Positions 39,081 to 48,509 of a DNA stretch of 64,000 bases are shown one piece after another. A program made the position numbers and the translations under genes. How positions within the stretch are numbered: the stretch's first letter is position 1; every line of letters starts with the position of its first letter. The stretch spans positions 4,092,001 through 4,156,000 of the forward strand of contig CAKKNE010000002.1 of assembly GCA_918797485.1 (NCBI GenBank), given 5' to 3'. The notes under the pieces were generated by a model, which did no database searches, had not been told where the DNA came from, and worked only from the letters and a program-made list of their open reading frames with translations. This stretch comes from Pelagomonas calceolata. Taxonomy: Eukaryota.

Positions 39081-41034
39081 CATTCAAACTTACAGTGACG
39101 CGGACCCACTGGTCTCCCTTTCCGACGGGCACGGGCACTACATCTCTGAGCCGCGGCGACTTCGTCAATCCGTCGAGGCGCTGGAGCGGCCGGCACTTGC
39201 GGAGGCCCTGGCGCGGCGCCAGCGTCAACGAGCCCGCACATTGCACATTGTAGGCGAACCGCCCCGTCGCCACAAACTCCGCGAGGTCGCACTCGTCGTA
39301 TTCGTCCATTCGCGTCGTGACCACGGTCCAGCGCCCGAATCGCGTCGTCGCATCCAGCGGGACGGCGGCACCATGAGGCACCTTACCTTCGAACACCGCG
39401 TCGTCGAAGAGGTACAACGCACCTTCTTCATCCAAATACGACCGCCAGCCCTTCTTGAGCTCGAGCCAGCCCTCTACGGGTAACGCGCCCTCGACCGGTT
39501 TCGAGGCGACGCCGCGCGCGCCCTTTAAGCGCTGCACGAGCAAGTTGATCGCCTTCCGCGACAAGCGACCTCTTCCGAGTGAGTCCGCGAGATCCCCAAG
39601 AAACGTCCTCCAGAAGAACGGGGACTCATCTTTAAACCGCAATAGAGCGATGCGCACGCCCAGCCTGCCTCTGGACACAGCTGAATGAGCCTCATGGAAC
39701 ACCCTCCGGTCGCACAATGCTCGTAGTTGATCGGAGTCCTCCGCCAGTTGAGTCAAAGACTCCAAACAACCAGCACCGTACACATCTTTTAGGAGAGGTA
39801 AAACCTCATTTCTCAACCGCCCGCGCGTCGACCAGGCCGGCGTCGAGTCGCGAAAAAACGGCACGCCGTGATCATACGCGACTTTCAGAATTTGCGCCTT
39901 GTCCAAAGTCAAAAGAGGCCTCCGTATCTCGACGTCATACAACCTATCTCGTGCATTCATGCCCGCCAGTCTCAAAGGCCCGGCGCCCTTCAGCGCATTG
40001 GAGATACAATTTTCCATGACGTCTCCGCGGTGGTGCGCTAACAGTACGGGGACGCCCTCCTCCCGGTAGAACGCAAACCTAAGCTCTCGAGCTTCCTTCT
40101 CGTACTGTTCGCGATCCGTGACGCCGCGTCGCAAATGTGAAGGCATTCGTAGCACCTTCAGAGGTATCTGTAACGATGCGCACCACCTTTCCAGGAACGC
40201 CGCCTCCGCGTCCGCCTCGGGACGGTTGCCGTAGTTGATGTGTAGCGCTGACACATCTGTGAGTTTTGAAAGGACATATAACAGGACCATCGAGTCTACT
40301 CCGCCAGATAAGGACACGGCGCATTTGTCATGCGTTTTTGAGAATTCTTTCAGCACGCCATGGACTTCCGAGTCGTTGCTCGACGTACCTCCACTGGTAC
40401 AGCGCGTATCGAGCAACTCCGCGTCCTCACCGTTCAGATTGGGTCTTCCGCCCGGCGGCTCCGCGCGCTCGCGCCGTCGACGTTGTGTAGCTCTTCGAAA
40501 CTTGTCGAGCACCTCGGCTTCCTGCTTGTCGTGGTTTTGGCGTCTTTCAATAAGCTTCTCAATTACTTCGTAATTGTAACGATTCGCGTGTCTCATCGAC
40601 AACAATCCAAATGCGTGCTGCGACGGCGTCAGACTCGTATGCGGGTCCCATCTCCCAAAATCCTCCAGGTACACTTCCGCGGCCCTCTTCGCAGTAAGGG
40701 TGTGGTCCTCGTCGCGGTGCACGTGCCTCGACAATTGGTCGAGCACGACCACGAGCGCGATTGAACCGCGCGGCGTCCGGCGCCAGTGCTCCAACTTACC
40801 AGAGAGCGCCTCCTCGACGACGCCCGCGAAGCGGTCTCTCACTAAAACGTCCGCCGCGTCCCTATCCTTGCCGCGCGCGAACCAGAGCTTGCGCCCGCGG
40901 TCGGCTCCCTTAAACCAGAAGTCGAGGACTTCTATGATGCGTGCGTCGTCCGTTTTTCGTCGGCGGCGTCTCAGTGCGAGGTAGATCGCTGCTGCAGCGG
41001 CGCCTCCCGCGATAGCGGCTGCAGCTTTTCGCAT
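38968..41034 (-). CDS. tilS: DUF924 + TilS-like PP-loop (tRNA(Ile)-lysidine synthase-like) fusion; 3' end uncertain
   Basis: DUF924 VLDFWF...LWF...ALVVVLDQLSRHVHR; PP-loop SLSGGVDSMVL, HINYGNR, ARELRF, AHHRGDVMEN, IRRPLL, RGRLRNEVLP. A GTAAGT donor at 39093 may shorten the ORF. Confidence 0.85.
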   Translation of the reverse strand: MRKAAAAIAGGAAAAAIYLALRRRRRKTDDARIIEVLDFWFKGADRGRKLWFARGKDRDAADVLVRDRFAGVVEEALSGKLEHWRRTPRGSIALVVVLDQLSRHVHRDEDHTLTAKRAAEVYLEDFGRWDPHTSLTPSQHAFGLLSMRHANRYNYEVIEKLIERRQNHDKQEAEVLDKFRRATQRRRRERAEPPGGRPNLNGEDAELLDTRCTSGGTSSNDSEVHGVLKEFSKTHDKCAVSLSGGVDSMVLLYVLSKLTDVSALHINYGNRPEADAEAAFLERWCASLQIPLKVLRMPSHLRRGVTDREQYEKEARELRFAFYREEGVPVLLAHHRGDVMENCISNALKGAGPLRLAGMNARDRLYDVEIRRPLLTLDKAQILKVAYDHGVPFFRDSTPAWSTRGRLRNEVLPLLKDVYGAGCLESLTQLAEDSDQLRALCDRRVFHEAHSAVSRGRLGVRIALLRFKDESPFFWRTFLGDLADSLGRGRLSRKAINLLVQRLKGARGVASKPVEGALPVEGWLELKKGWRSYLDEEGALYLFDDAVFEGKVPHGAAVPLDATTRFGRWTVVTTRMDEYDECDLAEFVATGRFAYNVQCAGSLTLAPRQGLRKCRPLQRLDGLTKSPRLRDVVPVPVGKGDQWVRVTVSLNVMYLYSQTSRRSPGSSAATPASRCRPAPRRPGRRPVQ

Positions 41035-41164
41035 TGGTGCCTTGCACGCCCTGCAGTGCTCTCCGTGTTGACTGCAGCAGCTTATGCAGCCAAGAAATGC
41101 TCGTAGATGTCGGCTTCGAGGCTTAATCTAGTTGCACAGCAATGCCAATCGCAGGCGCAAAAAG

Positions 41165-41186
41165 CTAGTGCGTTACAGGCCGCTAG
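41165..41186 (+). promoter_or_regulatory. Recurrent upstream motif
   Basis: CTAGTGCGTTACAGGCCGCTAG in a divergent promoter. Confidence 0.55.
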
Positions 41187-41429
41187 CTCGAAAAAACGCG
41201 CCTTGGATTCTCGGGCTCAATCTCATCGCAATTGCTGAATCGGTGCTCGCGGCCTTTTTGGGGGTGGGCCAAGGCACCGCCAGCTACAGCTCAGCGCGGC
41301 GAAGCCAGCATTCACAGCCGCCAGCTCACAAAAAAGGCTGCTCTGCCATTTTTCTTCGGCCTTTACTACGCGCGACGAACTCACCGACGCGCTCCGAGCT
41401 CTCAAGTTTTAGTTAGTTTAGTATTTAGT

Positions 41430-44400
41430 ATGCGGCTCACGCTGGTGTTGACGCTGCCGTGCGTGGCCCAGGCCCTGCGCGTGCCCGGGCCCGGGCGCAT
41501 GCCACCGCAGAAGCAGATCAACCACCATCTACCGGGCGCCGTGGCGGAGCCGCGGCCCGACGCCATCGCTGAACTGCGACGCAACGACTTCGGCGACCTG
41601 TACAACTTCCTCAAGTCTTTCGAGTCCTGCGCGACGCTCGCCGACGCGCTCGAGCCTCTATCATTACCTCAAGTGGACTACGTCGTCGACCAGGCCGTCA
41701 AGCCGCCCTCGACATTAGCGGACACGGGCGCCTGCCTCCAGCTGATGGCCGAGGGCGACTTTCTCGGGGCCCACGACGTCTGCGAGGGCTTGGTGGAGAA
41801 GGGCGCCGGGGCTGGCGACGCGGCCCGATCAACAGCCTTCTCTATCATTAGTGCATTATGTGAAGGGGAACTGACGGGCACCTACGACCTCGCATTCCTA
41901 GATCGTTTGGACGACATTGTGATCAATGATCCGCGATCAAGACCGTTCGTCGACCTCGGACGAGCGTTCTCGTCGACGGCCGAGGAGGCTCTGGGCCACG
42001 CTTTGGCGGCGGCGGCGCACCCGGCGCTCGCCGCGCTGGCCTCGGAGGCGGCGCGCCGGGCCGACTCGGAAATATCAGTGGTAGAAGTCGAGGAGGAGGT
42101 CCATACAGAGGTAGAAGAGGACGAGCAGCTCCCGCCCAAAGCGCTGACGGCCCTAGACGAGTTAGTGGCCATCAAGCCGGCCAAGGCGTTGTTTGCTGCA
42201 TTGACGGACGCGGCTCTGTTAGCGGAGGAGCGCCAGGACGACCTCCGAGAAACTAGCTTCTCATGCGTCTTTTCGGGCAATCCCGGGACGGGCAAGAGCA
42301 CCGTGATGAAGCTCTACGGCTCCCTGCTCGAGGAATTGAAGGTAGCCCCTCAAGGGAAGACGGTCGAAACGACAGGCGGCGAGTTAGCGCGGGGCGGCAC
42401 GGACGGCTTCGAGGCACTCATCAAGAAGTCCTTCGCGGACCCGCAAACGTCTATCCTACAAGTAGGGGACAAAGTCGAAGTGAAGCGCGGCGCGTCGTGG
42501 GGCAATTTTGGGGAAGTGGTGTTTGTGGACAAGAATACCTATGACGTGCGGCACGGCGACTGCGTCGAGATCAAGGCGCCCCGACACAGAATCAGAGACA
42601 AGCGCGAGGAGGGCGGGGTGTTGTTGGTCGATGAGGCGTATCAACTGGACCCGTCGAACAGTAACGCGGGAAGACAAGTACTGGAGATGCTCGTCAAGGA
42701 GATGGATGCGCGTCAGGGTTCACTGACGGTCGTGTTCGCGGGCCCCGCGAAGGAGATGGACCTGTTCCTGTCGTCGACACCTGGTCTATCGAGTAGAGTG
42801 CGTCGCACGGTGGACTTCCCCGACTTTTCCGACGATGAGTTGGTCGAGGTTTCTCAAAGAAAATTCGCGTCGCGGTTCGGGAATTATCAATTAGCAGACG
42901 AAAAGTATTTGCGGATCGCGGCGCGGCGGTTGGGCAAAGGTCGGGGCGCCCCGGGCTTCGGGAACGCGCGAGCCGTCTCGCATCTCATAGACAACGCCTG
43001 GGAGAAGCAGACTCGGAGAATCTCGTTAGAAAGGGCCCGAGGCGGAGACCCGGATCCCTTCTTTATGACGAGGGAAGATTTATTAGGCAATAGGACCTTG
43101 GATATGTCCCAGTCCGAACCGCTCCAAGCTCTTCGAGCCATGGAGGGCCTCGAGCGAGTCAAAGCGAATGTCGATGACTTGCTACGCGTGGTGGAGACGA
43201 ACAACGAGAGAGAAGATAACGAAGAGAAGCCCCAACAGCTGTCGCTCAATAAAGTCTTCCTGGGCAACCCGGGGACCGGAAAAACAACTGTAGCACGGTT
43301 ATATGGTCGCATCCTGAACGAGCTCGGGTTTTTGTCGAAGGGCGACGTCGTGTTAGCTACTCCCTCGGATTTCGTGGGAAGCGCACTAGGCCAGTCGGAA
43401 GAGAAGACGAACGCTCTGCTCGACAAGGCTCGGGGGTGTGTTTTAGTTATTGACGAGGCCTATGGACTGGACCCGTCGTCCGGGAATGGGAATGGCGCCA
43501 TCGCGGGCGGCGACCCATTTAGAGGAGCCGTCGTCGATGCCCTCGTCAGTAGAGTGCAGGGCGAGGCCGGCGCCGACGTCTGCGTTTTATTACTGGGTTA
43601 CGAAAGACCCATGCGGGAATTTCTGCGCAAGGCGAACCCGGGACTCGCGCGGCGCTTCGACCTGGAGAACGCCTTCGTCTTCGACGACTATGATGATCAA
43701 GCCTTGCTCAAAATCTTATTACAGAACGTGCGGAAGCGTTCTTTGAAAGTTTCTTTGAGCGATGCCAAAGCTGCCGTAAGAAAGCGCCTCGCGAAGCAGC
43801 GGCTACGGCCGAACTTCGGCAATGCGGGGGCCGCCGAGGCGTTAGTCGCGGAAGCTGTTCAAAGAAGGGAACGCCGATTAGAGTCGTTAGATGCTTCGCA
43901 ACGATCTATGGAGCGGGACTTGGTTCTTGAGGACTTATATGTGGAACCTGATCACGTCAAGGACCCGTCACTGGTCTTCGACGGACTCATAGGTTGCCAA
44001 GAGATAAAGCAGAAGCTCACCGAATACAGAGCGGTGGTGGACGCCGCTCGAATCGCGGGACGGGATCCCATGGACGACCTCGGGATGACGTTCTGCTTCC
44101 AGGGGAGTCCGGGGACGGGCAAGACGACGGTGGCTAGAAGGATGGGGCTGTTGTTCGAGGCGCTAGGCGTATTACCGTCGGCGGAGGTCGTCCAGGTCTC
44201 GGCGTCGGACTTCGTGACCGGTTACGTGGGTCAAGCGGCGAAGAAGACGCGGGACATCTTCGAGAGTGCTAGGGGTGCGGTCTTGTTCGTCGACGAGGCC
44301 TACCGCTTGTACGACCCCACCGGAAGGTCGTATTTTCAGGAGGCCGTCGACGAGATTGTTACATTATTGACGGAGGAGGAGTACCGGAACAAGCTGGTCG

Positions 44401-45317
44401 TGGTGTTTGCGGGCTACGGCGGGCAGATGCGCACGTTGCTGGATCGGGTGAACCCAGGTTTAAAGAGTCGCGTGTCCGATATCATCGACTTTCCCGACTT
44501 TACGGCAACGGACGCCGCGGCGATTGCTGCCAATCTGTTGAAGCGGAAGCGTTTGGGACGGGTCGGCACGGATATCTTGGTCGAGGAAGCTTCGAAGCTT
44601 GTGAGTGCGCCGGACTGGGCGAACGGGCGGGACGTCGACGCGTGGGTCCGGCGTATTGCTGTTGAAAGTGCCACGCGCGGGTCTTCTGTAGCGACGCCCG
44701 CTTCTGTACGAGCCGCGACCCAAGATTTGTTGGAGCGGAAGCGCGGCGCCGTTCTTGTGGACGCGCCGCCCGTCCTGCAAGAAGATTTCATGACCGAGGA
44801 CATGACGATAGCGCCGCCGCGCGTCGAGGTGCAGACGGTGACGGACGTGCGCGAGGACGACGATGATGACGACGACGACGAGCCGTCCTTTGGTGCGCCG
44901 GATTTGAATGGTGCCCTCGAGGAGGCCTGCGTGGCGCTGGGCTACGGCGACCCGGCGCGACGGGCGGAGCTCATGGACGCACTCACAAATGGAGTGCCCG
45001 ACGACGTCGTCGCCCAGGTCGTCGCGACGCGCGGCGGCGACCGCGGCGCCGTGGCCCAGGAGCTCGCGCGGCAGGCCGGGCCCTTCCGCGAGGCCCTCAA
45101 GCGCGTGGCCGTCGCGACGCGGCTCGGCCGCAAGATTGACAAGGACCGCGACGCGGAGGCGGGCGGCGACGACCTGACGGACGAGGACATCGTCCAGCGC
45201 CTGCGCGAGATGGGGCCCTGCCCGATGGGCTTCGCCTGGCACCGCGAGGGCTCGGGCTGGCGCTGCGGCGGCGGGAGCCATTTCGTACATGATGATGATC
45301 CGATGCTCCAGGCGTAG
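41430..45317 (+). CDS. Triple CbbX/SpoVK-type AAA+ ATPase with signal-like N-terminus and C-terminal CP.GF.W...C.GGSH motif
   Basis: Three Walker A motifs (GNPGTGKS, GNPGTGKT, GSPGTGKT), three DEAY Walker B motifs, PGL..R arginine fingers, FGNARAV/FGNAGA/WANGRDV. First ATG 41430, MRLTLVLTLPCVAQA. Confidence 0.9.
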   Translation: MRLTLVLTLPCVAQALRVPGPGRMPPQKQINHHLPGAVAEPRPDAIAELRRNDFGDLYNFLKSFESCATLADALEPLSLPQVDYVVDQAVKPPSTLADTGACLQLMAEGDFLGAHDVCEGLVEKGAGAGDAARSTAFSIISALCEGELTGTYDLAFLDRLDDIVINDPRSRPFVDLGRAFSSTAEEALGHALAAAAHPALAALASEAARRADSEISVVEVEEEVHTEVEEDEQLPPKALTALDELVAIKPAKALFAALTDAALLAEERQDDLRETSFSCVFSGNPGTGKSTVMKLYGSLLEELKVAPQGKTVETTGGELARGGTDGFEALIKKSFADPQTSILQVGDKVEVKRGASWGNFGEVVFVDKNTYDVRHGDCVEIKAPRHRIRDKREEGGVLLVDEAYQLDPSNSNAGRQVLEMLVKEMDARQGSLTVVFAGPAKEMDLFLSSTPGLSSRVRRTVDFPDFSDDELVEVSQRKFASRFGNYQLADEKYLRIAARRLGKGRGAPGFGNARAVSHLIDNAWEKQTRRISLERARGGDPDPFFMTREDLLGNRTLDMSQSEPLQALRAMEGLERVKANVDDLLRVVETNNEREDNEEKPQQLSLNKVFLGNPGTGKTTVARLYGRILNELGFLSKGDVVLATPSDFVGSALGQSEEKTNALLDKARGCVLVIDEAYGLDPSSGNGNGAIAGGDPFRGAVVDALVSRVQGEAGADVCVLLLGYERPMREFLRKANPGLARRFDLENAFVFDDYDDQALLKILLQNVRKRSLKVSLSDAKAAVRKRLAKQRLRPNFGNAGAAEALVAEAVQRRERRLESLDASQRSMERDLVLEDLYVEPDHVKDPSLVFDGLIGCQEIKQKLTEYRAVVDAARIAGRDPMDDLGMTFCFQGSPGTGKTTVARRMGLLFEALGVLPSAEVVQVSASDFVTGYVGQAAKKTRDIFESARGAVLFVDEAYRLYDPTGRSYFQEAVDEIVTLLTEEEYRNKLVVVFAGYGGQMRTLLDRVNPGLKSRVSDIIDFPDFTATDAAAIAANLLKRKRLGRVGTDILVEEASKLVSAPDWANGRDVDAWVRRIAVESATRGSSVATPASVRAATQDLLERKRGAVLVDAPPVLQEDFMTEDMTIAPPRVEVQTVTDVREDDDDDDDDEPSFGAPDLNGALEEACVALGYGDPARRAELMDALTNGVPDDVVAQVVATRGGDRGAVAQELARQAGPFREALKRVAVATRLGRKIDKDRDAEAGGDDLTDEDIVQRLREMGPCPMGFAWHREGSGWRCGGGSHFVHDDDPMLQA

Positions 45318-45389
45318 TTGGAGCGTTCTTCCCTTCCCCGTGTGTAATTTATTGATCAAATCTAGATAACCACCACCGAAAGGAAGCGC

Positions 45390-46586
45390 CTACTTCTTCC
45401 GCCGCGCCGGCGCCGCGCCGGCCTTCTCCTTCTTCCGCCGCGCGATGTGGTCGTCGACCAGCCGCCAGAACGAGTGCGCCGCCGTCGGGTCGAGGTGTCT
45501 TTTATGTTTATTGACGGAGACCACCGAGACGTTCCACTTTTTGACGTCCTTGGGAGTTTCGCTGTCGTCGTACTTGATGTGCACGCCCAGGTACTTGTTG
45601 AATAAATCCACAGGCTGGGAAACCTTCCAGCCCTTGAACTGCCAGGCGGCGCCCTGCGCGACGACGGCCACGACCTTCTTCCAGTCGCTGTCCGACAACC
45701 GCCGCGGGTCGTCTACTAATTTAAATGATTGCACGACACCATCACCTCTTGTACGAGACACCTTGACGACCGGCTCCTTCTTCGCGCCCTGCTGCCGTTT
45801 TTGGGCCGGTGTTATGTAGGTGTTCCGTTCGAGCAAATCGGCCGCATTTACTAACGTAAGTAAGGCCGTGGGGGCGTTGGGCACGATGATGATGCCGACC
45901 GTACCGGACGTCCTCGGTTTCTTCTTTGATTCGGCCTTGGCCTCCTCGCGCGCCCGTTTCTTGTCCGCGGCCACCGGATCTTTTTTGCGGAGCTTTTCAT
46001 CCCTAGCGGCCTTCTCCTTGGCCTTCTTCTCTTCGTGCTGTCGTTTTTTGGCCGCCTGCTTTTCCCGTTCTACGTATCTCTCCCACAGCCTCGCCGCGAA
46101 GGAGAAGTCGCGGCCCGGGATACAAACTAGAGCGGCATTCCGGTCGCCCAACGAGTAGCACTTCGACTCGAAGGGGTCGTCGGCGTCGTCGTCGACCTCT
46201 TCCTTCTGTTGCGTAGCCTGGGTCTCCACCACTTCGATGGGAGGCGCTTCTACCGGCTCTTCGCCCTCCAAGTTCGCCGAGTCGTCCTTGGCTCCCGATA
46301 ACAGCGCGCGCACGTCGCCCTGGTCGACCGTGACGACGCCGCGAATTTTGCGCGCGATGCACGCTCGGAGGTATTCCGATTGTTTTGTGTACCTTACGAG
46401 CAGTACGACGGCGGCGAGCGAGTACACCCCGATGCCCTGCTGGGAACTCCGGTACCCGGTCGGCTCTTCACCTTTATAGGTCGTACCATCGATCGCCACG
46501 GAGCCGTCGTCGGCGACGTCGGGCGGGTTGTTGGGCCGCGTCGCGAGGTGGGCCCGCAGCGCGCGGAGGCAGGGAGCGCCGCGCAT
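45390..46586 (-). CDS. CDC73: PAF1 complex subunit CDC73 (parafibromin)
   Basis: YSLAAV...EYLRAC; IIIVPNAPTALLTLVNA; DWKKVVAVVAQGAAWQFKGW; KWNVSVVSVNKHKRHLD...FW. Confidence 0.93.
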   Translation of the reverse strand: MRGAPCLRALRAHLATRPNNPPDVADDGSVAIDGTTYKGEEPTGYRSSQQGIGVYSLAAVVLLVRYTKQSEYLRACIARKIRGVVTVDQGDVRALLSGAKDDSANLEGEEPVEAPPIEVVETQATQQKEEVDDDADDPFESKCYSLGDRNAALVCIPGRDFSFAARLWERYVEREKQAAKKRQHEEKKAKEKAARDEKLRKKDPVAADKKRAREEAKAESKKKPRTSGTVGIIIVPNAPTALLTLVNAADLLERNTYITPAQKRQQGAKKEPVVKVSRTRGDGVVQSFKLVDDPRRLSDSDWKKVVAVVAQGAAWQFKGWKVSQPVDLFNKYLGVHIKYDDSETPKDVKKWNVSVVSVNKHKRHLDPTAAHSFWRLVDDHIARRKKEKAGAAPARRKK

Positions 46587-46808
46587 CTTGGTGTTTTTGT
46601 CTCGCGCTCGCTCGCGCGCGGCGACGGCGTGGGGGGCGGCTTGCCTTGCCCTCAGCGGAAGAGGTGTTGGTCGCGCCGCCTCGCAGGTCCTGCGTAAAGG
46701 GACTAACTGGTGCTTTGAAAGATGACTGCCAGTGAATCTCTTGGGCTCAACAGCAGCTCTGATGGCGCAAAAAACGTCCCCGCGAGCTGCTCGAGCTCAC
46801 TAATCGTG

Positions 46809-46829
46809 CTAGCGGCTGTAAGACACTAG
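46809..46829 (-). promoter_or_regulatory. Recurrent upstream motif, consensus copy on the minus strand
   Basis: CTAGCGGCTGTAAGACACTAG, about 220 bp before the CDC73 ATG. Confidence 0.6.
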
Positions 46830-47185
46830 GAAGATTAAAACTCCAGGAAGCGCAGGGAGGGCACACAGACGCGTCCCGAGACAGCTCGAGCATCGTTGTA
46901 GCGCGTGGGAGCCCGGAGGCGCCGCTCGACGTTTGTGGGACCGCACTTTTTGACGGCTCCCGCTGCGCCAACAATTCGCCAGCGGTGCGCAGGAGACGTC
47001 CATATAGTGCGCTGAGAGCCGGTTGCCACGCCTACGGCCGCGGCGCTGCTCGCAGACGCGCCCAAAACGCGGGCGACACCACCAGTGCCCAAAAGTAGTT
47101 GACGACGTAAACGCCGCGCCGCGCCCTCCTCTGGCACCGTCGGACCGTCCTGAAGGACGCGGCCGCCGCAAACGACAGCGACACC

Positions 47186-48217
47186 ATGCCCACGACGCCC
47201 CCCAAACCGCCAAGCGCCGAGGCCGCCGAGCGCCTCGAGCGCATCAGGTCTGCGTCGGCCACAAAACCCGCGTTAGCGATGCGCACGAACGACCGCGTCT
47301 CCTTCTGCACGCCGCCCACTTTGCAAGTGCCCGAGACGCCCCAGGACCGCAGCGCCAAGATCCGCGCGGACGCCTCCGCGCGCTTCGAGAGGGAAAAGCG
47401 GCGCCGCGCGTCGTCGATCAGCGCCACGAAGATCCCGGAGGGCGGGCCCCTGCCGCGGAGCACGCTGGGCGGGCCCTCGGCGAAGAAGATCTGTGACAAG
47501 GAGAATTCTGCTGTCCACGCAGAAGAAACTTCGACAATCGACGAGCCGCGCTTCACGGAGGCGTCGCGCTGGTCGTCGACGTCGCTGAAGGGCGTGAGTG
47601 CGACGCGAGATGATTCCTGGAGCGCGGCACTCGACGCGCGGGCCTGGGAGGAACCCGTACCTCAAGTCGCTGCTTTGGAGGCCGATCTCGTGGACAAGAT
47701 GGTCTGGGCGCCCGTTGGTGATGATGAAAAGCCGGGGAGGGTGCGCAAGGTCTGGCTGGACGACAAGGGCGCGTATTTCGTCGGGGTCGAGTTATTGCAG
47801 GACCACGCTAACGCCTCGTCGACGGCGTTCCCGTGCTTGCCTCATCGGGGCGTGGCCGTGTCGCCGTCCTCCATTAGATTATTGAGCTGGCAGGACTTGT
47901 GTGCTCTGCCGCCGCCGGCGCCGCCGCCGCCCGCCGGGCCGCCGCAGACGTCCTCGGAGGGCTCGACCGAGTGCGACCCGTCGCCATTAATCGAGGGCCG
48001 CACGCCGCCGGCCTGGGCCGAGCGCGATCAGTTGAATGCGTCGCTGCGACGGCAGGACTTCGCGAACCCGCCGCTCGAATTAGGACCGGAAGGCGCCATG
48101 GGCACGTCCTGCGACCTCGCCGACGTGTTCGGGCGGGCGTCGCTCGCGCCGCGGGGCTACCGCGAGACGGGGGACTGGGCGGCGGACTCGTGGGACCTGC
48201 GGACGGGCGCCGTCTAG
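47186..48217 (+). CDS. INCENP-like protein (C-terminal Aurora-binding IN-box) with a CAP-Gly-like domain
   Basis: IN-box PPAWAERDQLNASLRRQ...CDLADVFG...RETGDW; CAP-Gly-like VWAP...GRVRKV...YFVGVEL...CLPHRGVAV. Confidence 0.7.
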   Translation: MPTTPPKPPSAEAAERLERIRSASATKPALAMRTNDRVSFCTPPTLQVPETPQDRSAKIRADASARFEREKRRRASSISATKIPEGGPLPRSTLGGPSAKKICDKENSAVHAEETSTIDEPRFTEASRWSSTSLKGVSATRDDSWSAALDARAWEEPVPQVAALEADLVDKMVWAPVGDDEKPGRVRKVWLDDKGAYFVGVELLQDHANASSTAFPCLPHRGVAVSPSSIRLLSWQDLCALPPPAPPPPAGPPQTSSEGSTECDPSPLIEGRTPPAWAERDQLNASLRRQDFANPPLELGPEGAMGTSCDLADVFGRASLAPRGYRETGDWAADSWDLRTGAV

Positions 48218-48324
48218 AGGTGTTCGTCGGCTAAGACTTGTTGCTTTTTAGATCCGCCTCGATGGCGTGAAAATGAACGGGCTATCATCATCATCGAACC
48301 GAACGGTGCTCGAACGGCTACTTG

Positions 48325-48345
48325 CTAGTGTCTTACCGCCGCTAG
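48325..48345 (+). promoter_or_regulatory. Recurrent upstream motif
   Basis: CTAGTGTCTTACCGCCGCTAG about 170-185 bp before ATG 48510. Confidence 0.6.
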
Positions 48346-48509
48346 CCGGCGGCTTGGCTGAAGCGTCGCGGCGAGCGTCGCGGCGCTGCAGGCGTACAGT
48401 GGTCAGCACTGGCAGGCTAAACGGCTTATGAGCGCTGCGGCTGCGCCACTCGCAGGATATCACCTTTGAGAGCACCCCGCGGGCAAGCCAGACGCCGCAC
48501 CAAGCCAGC

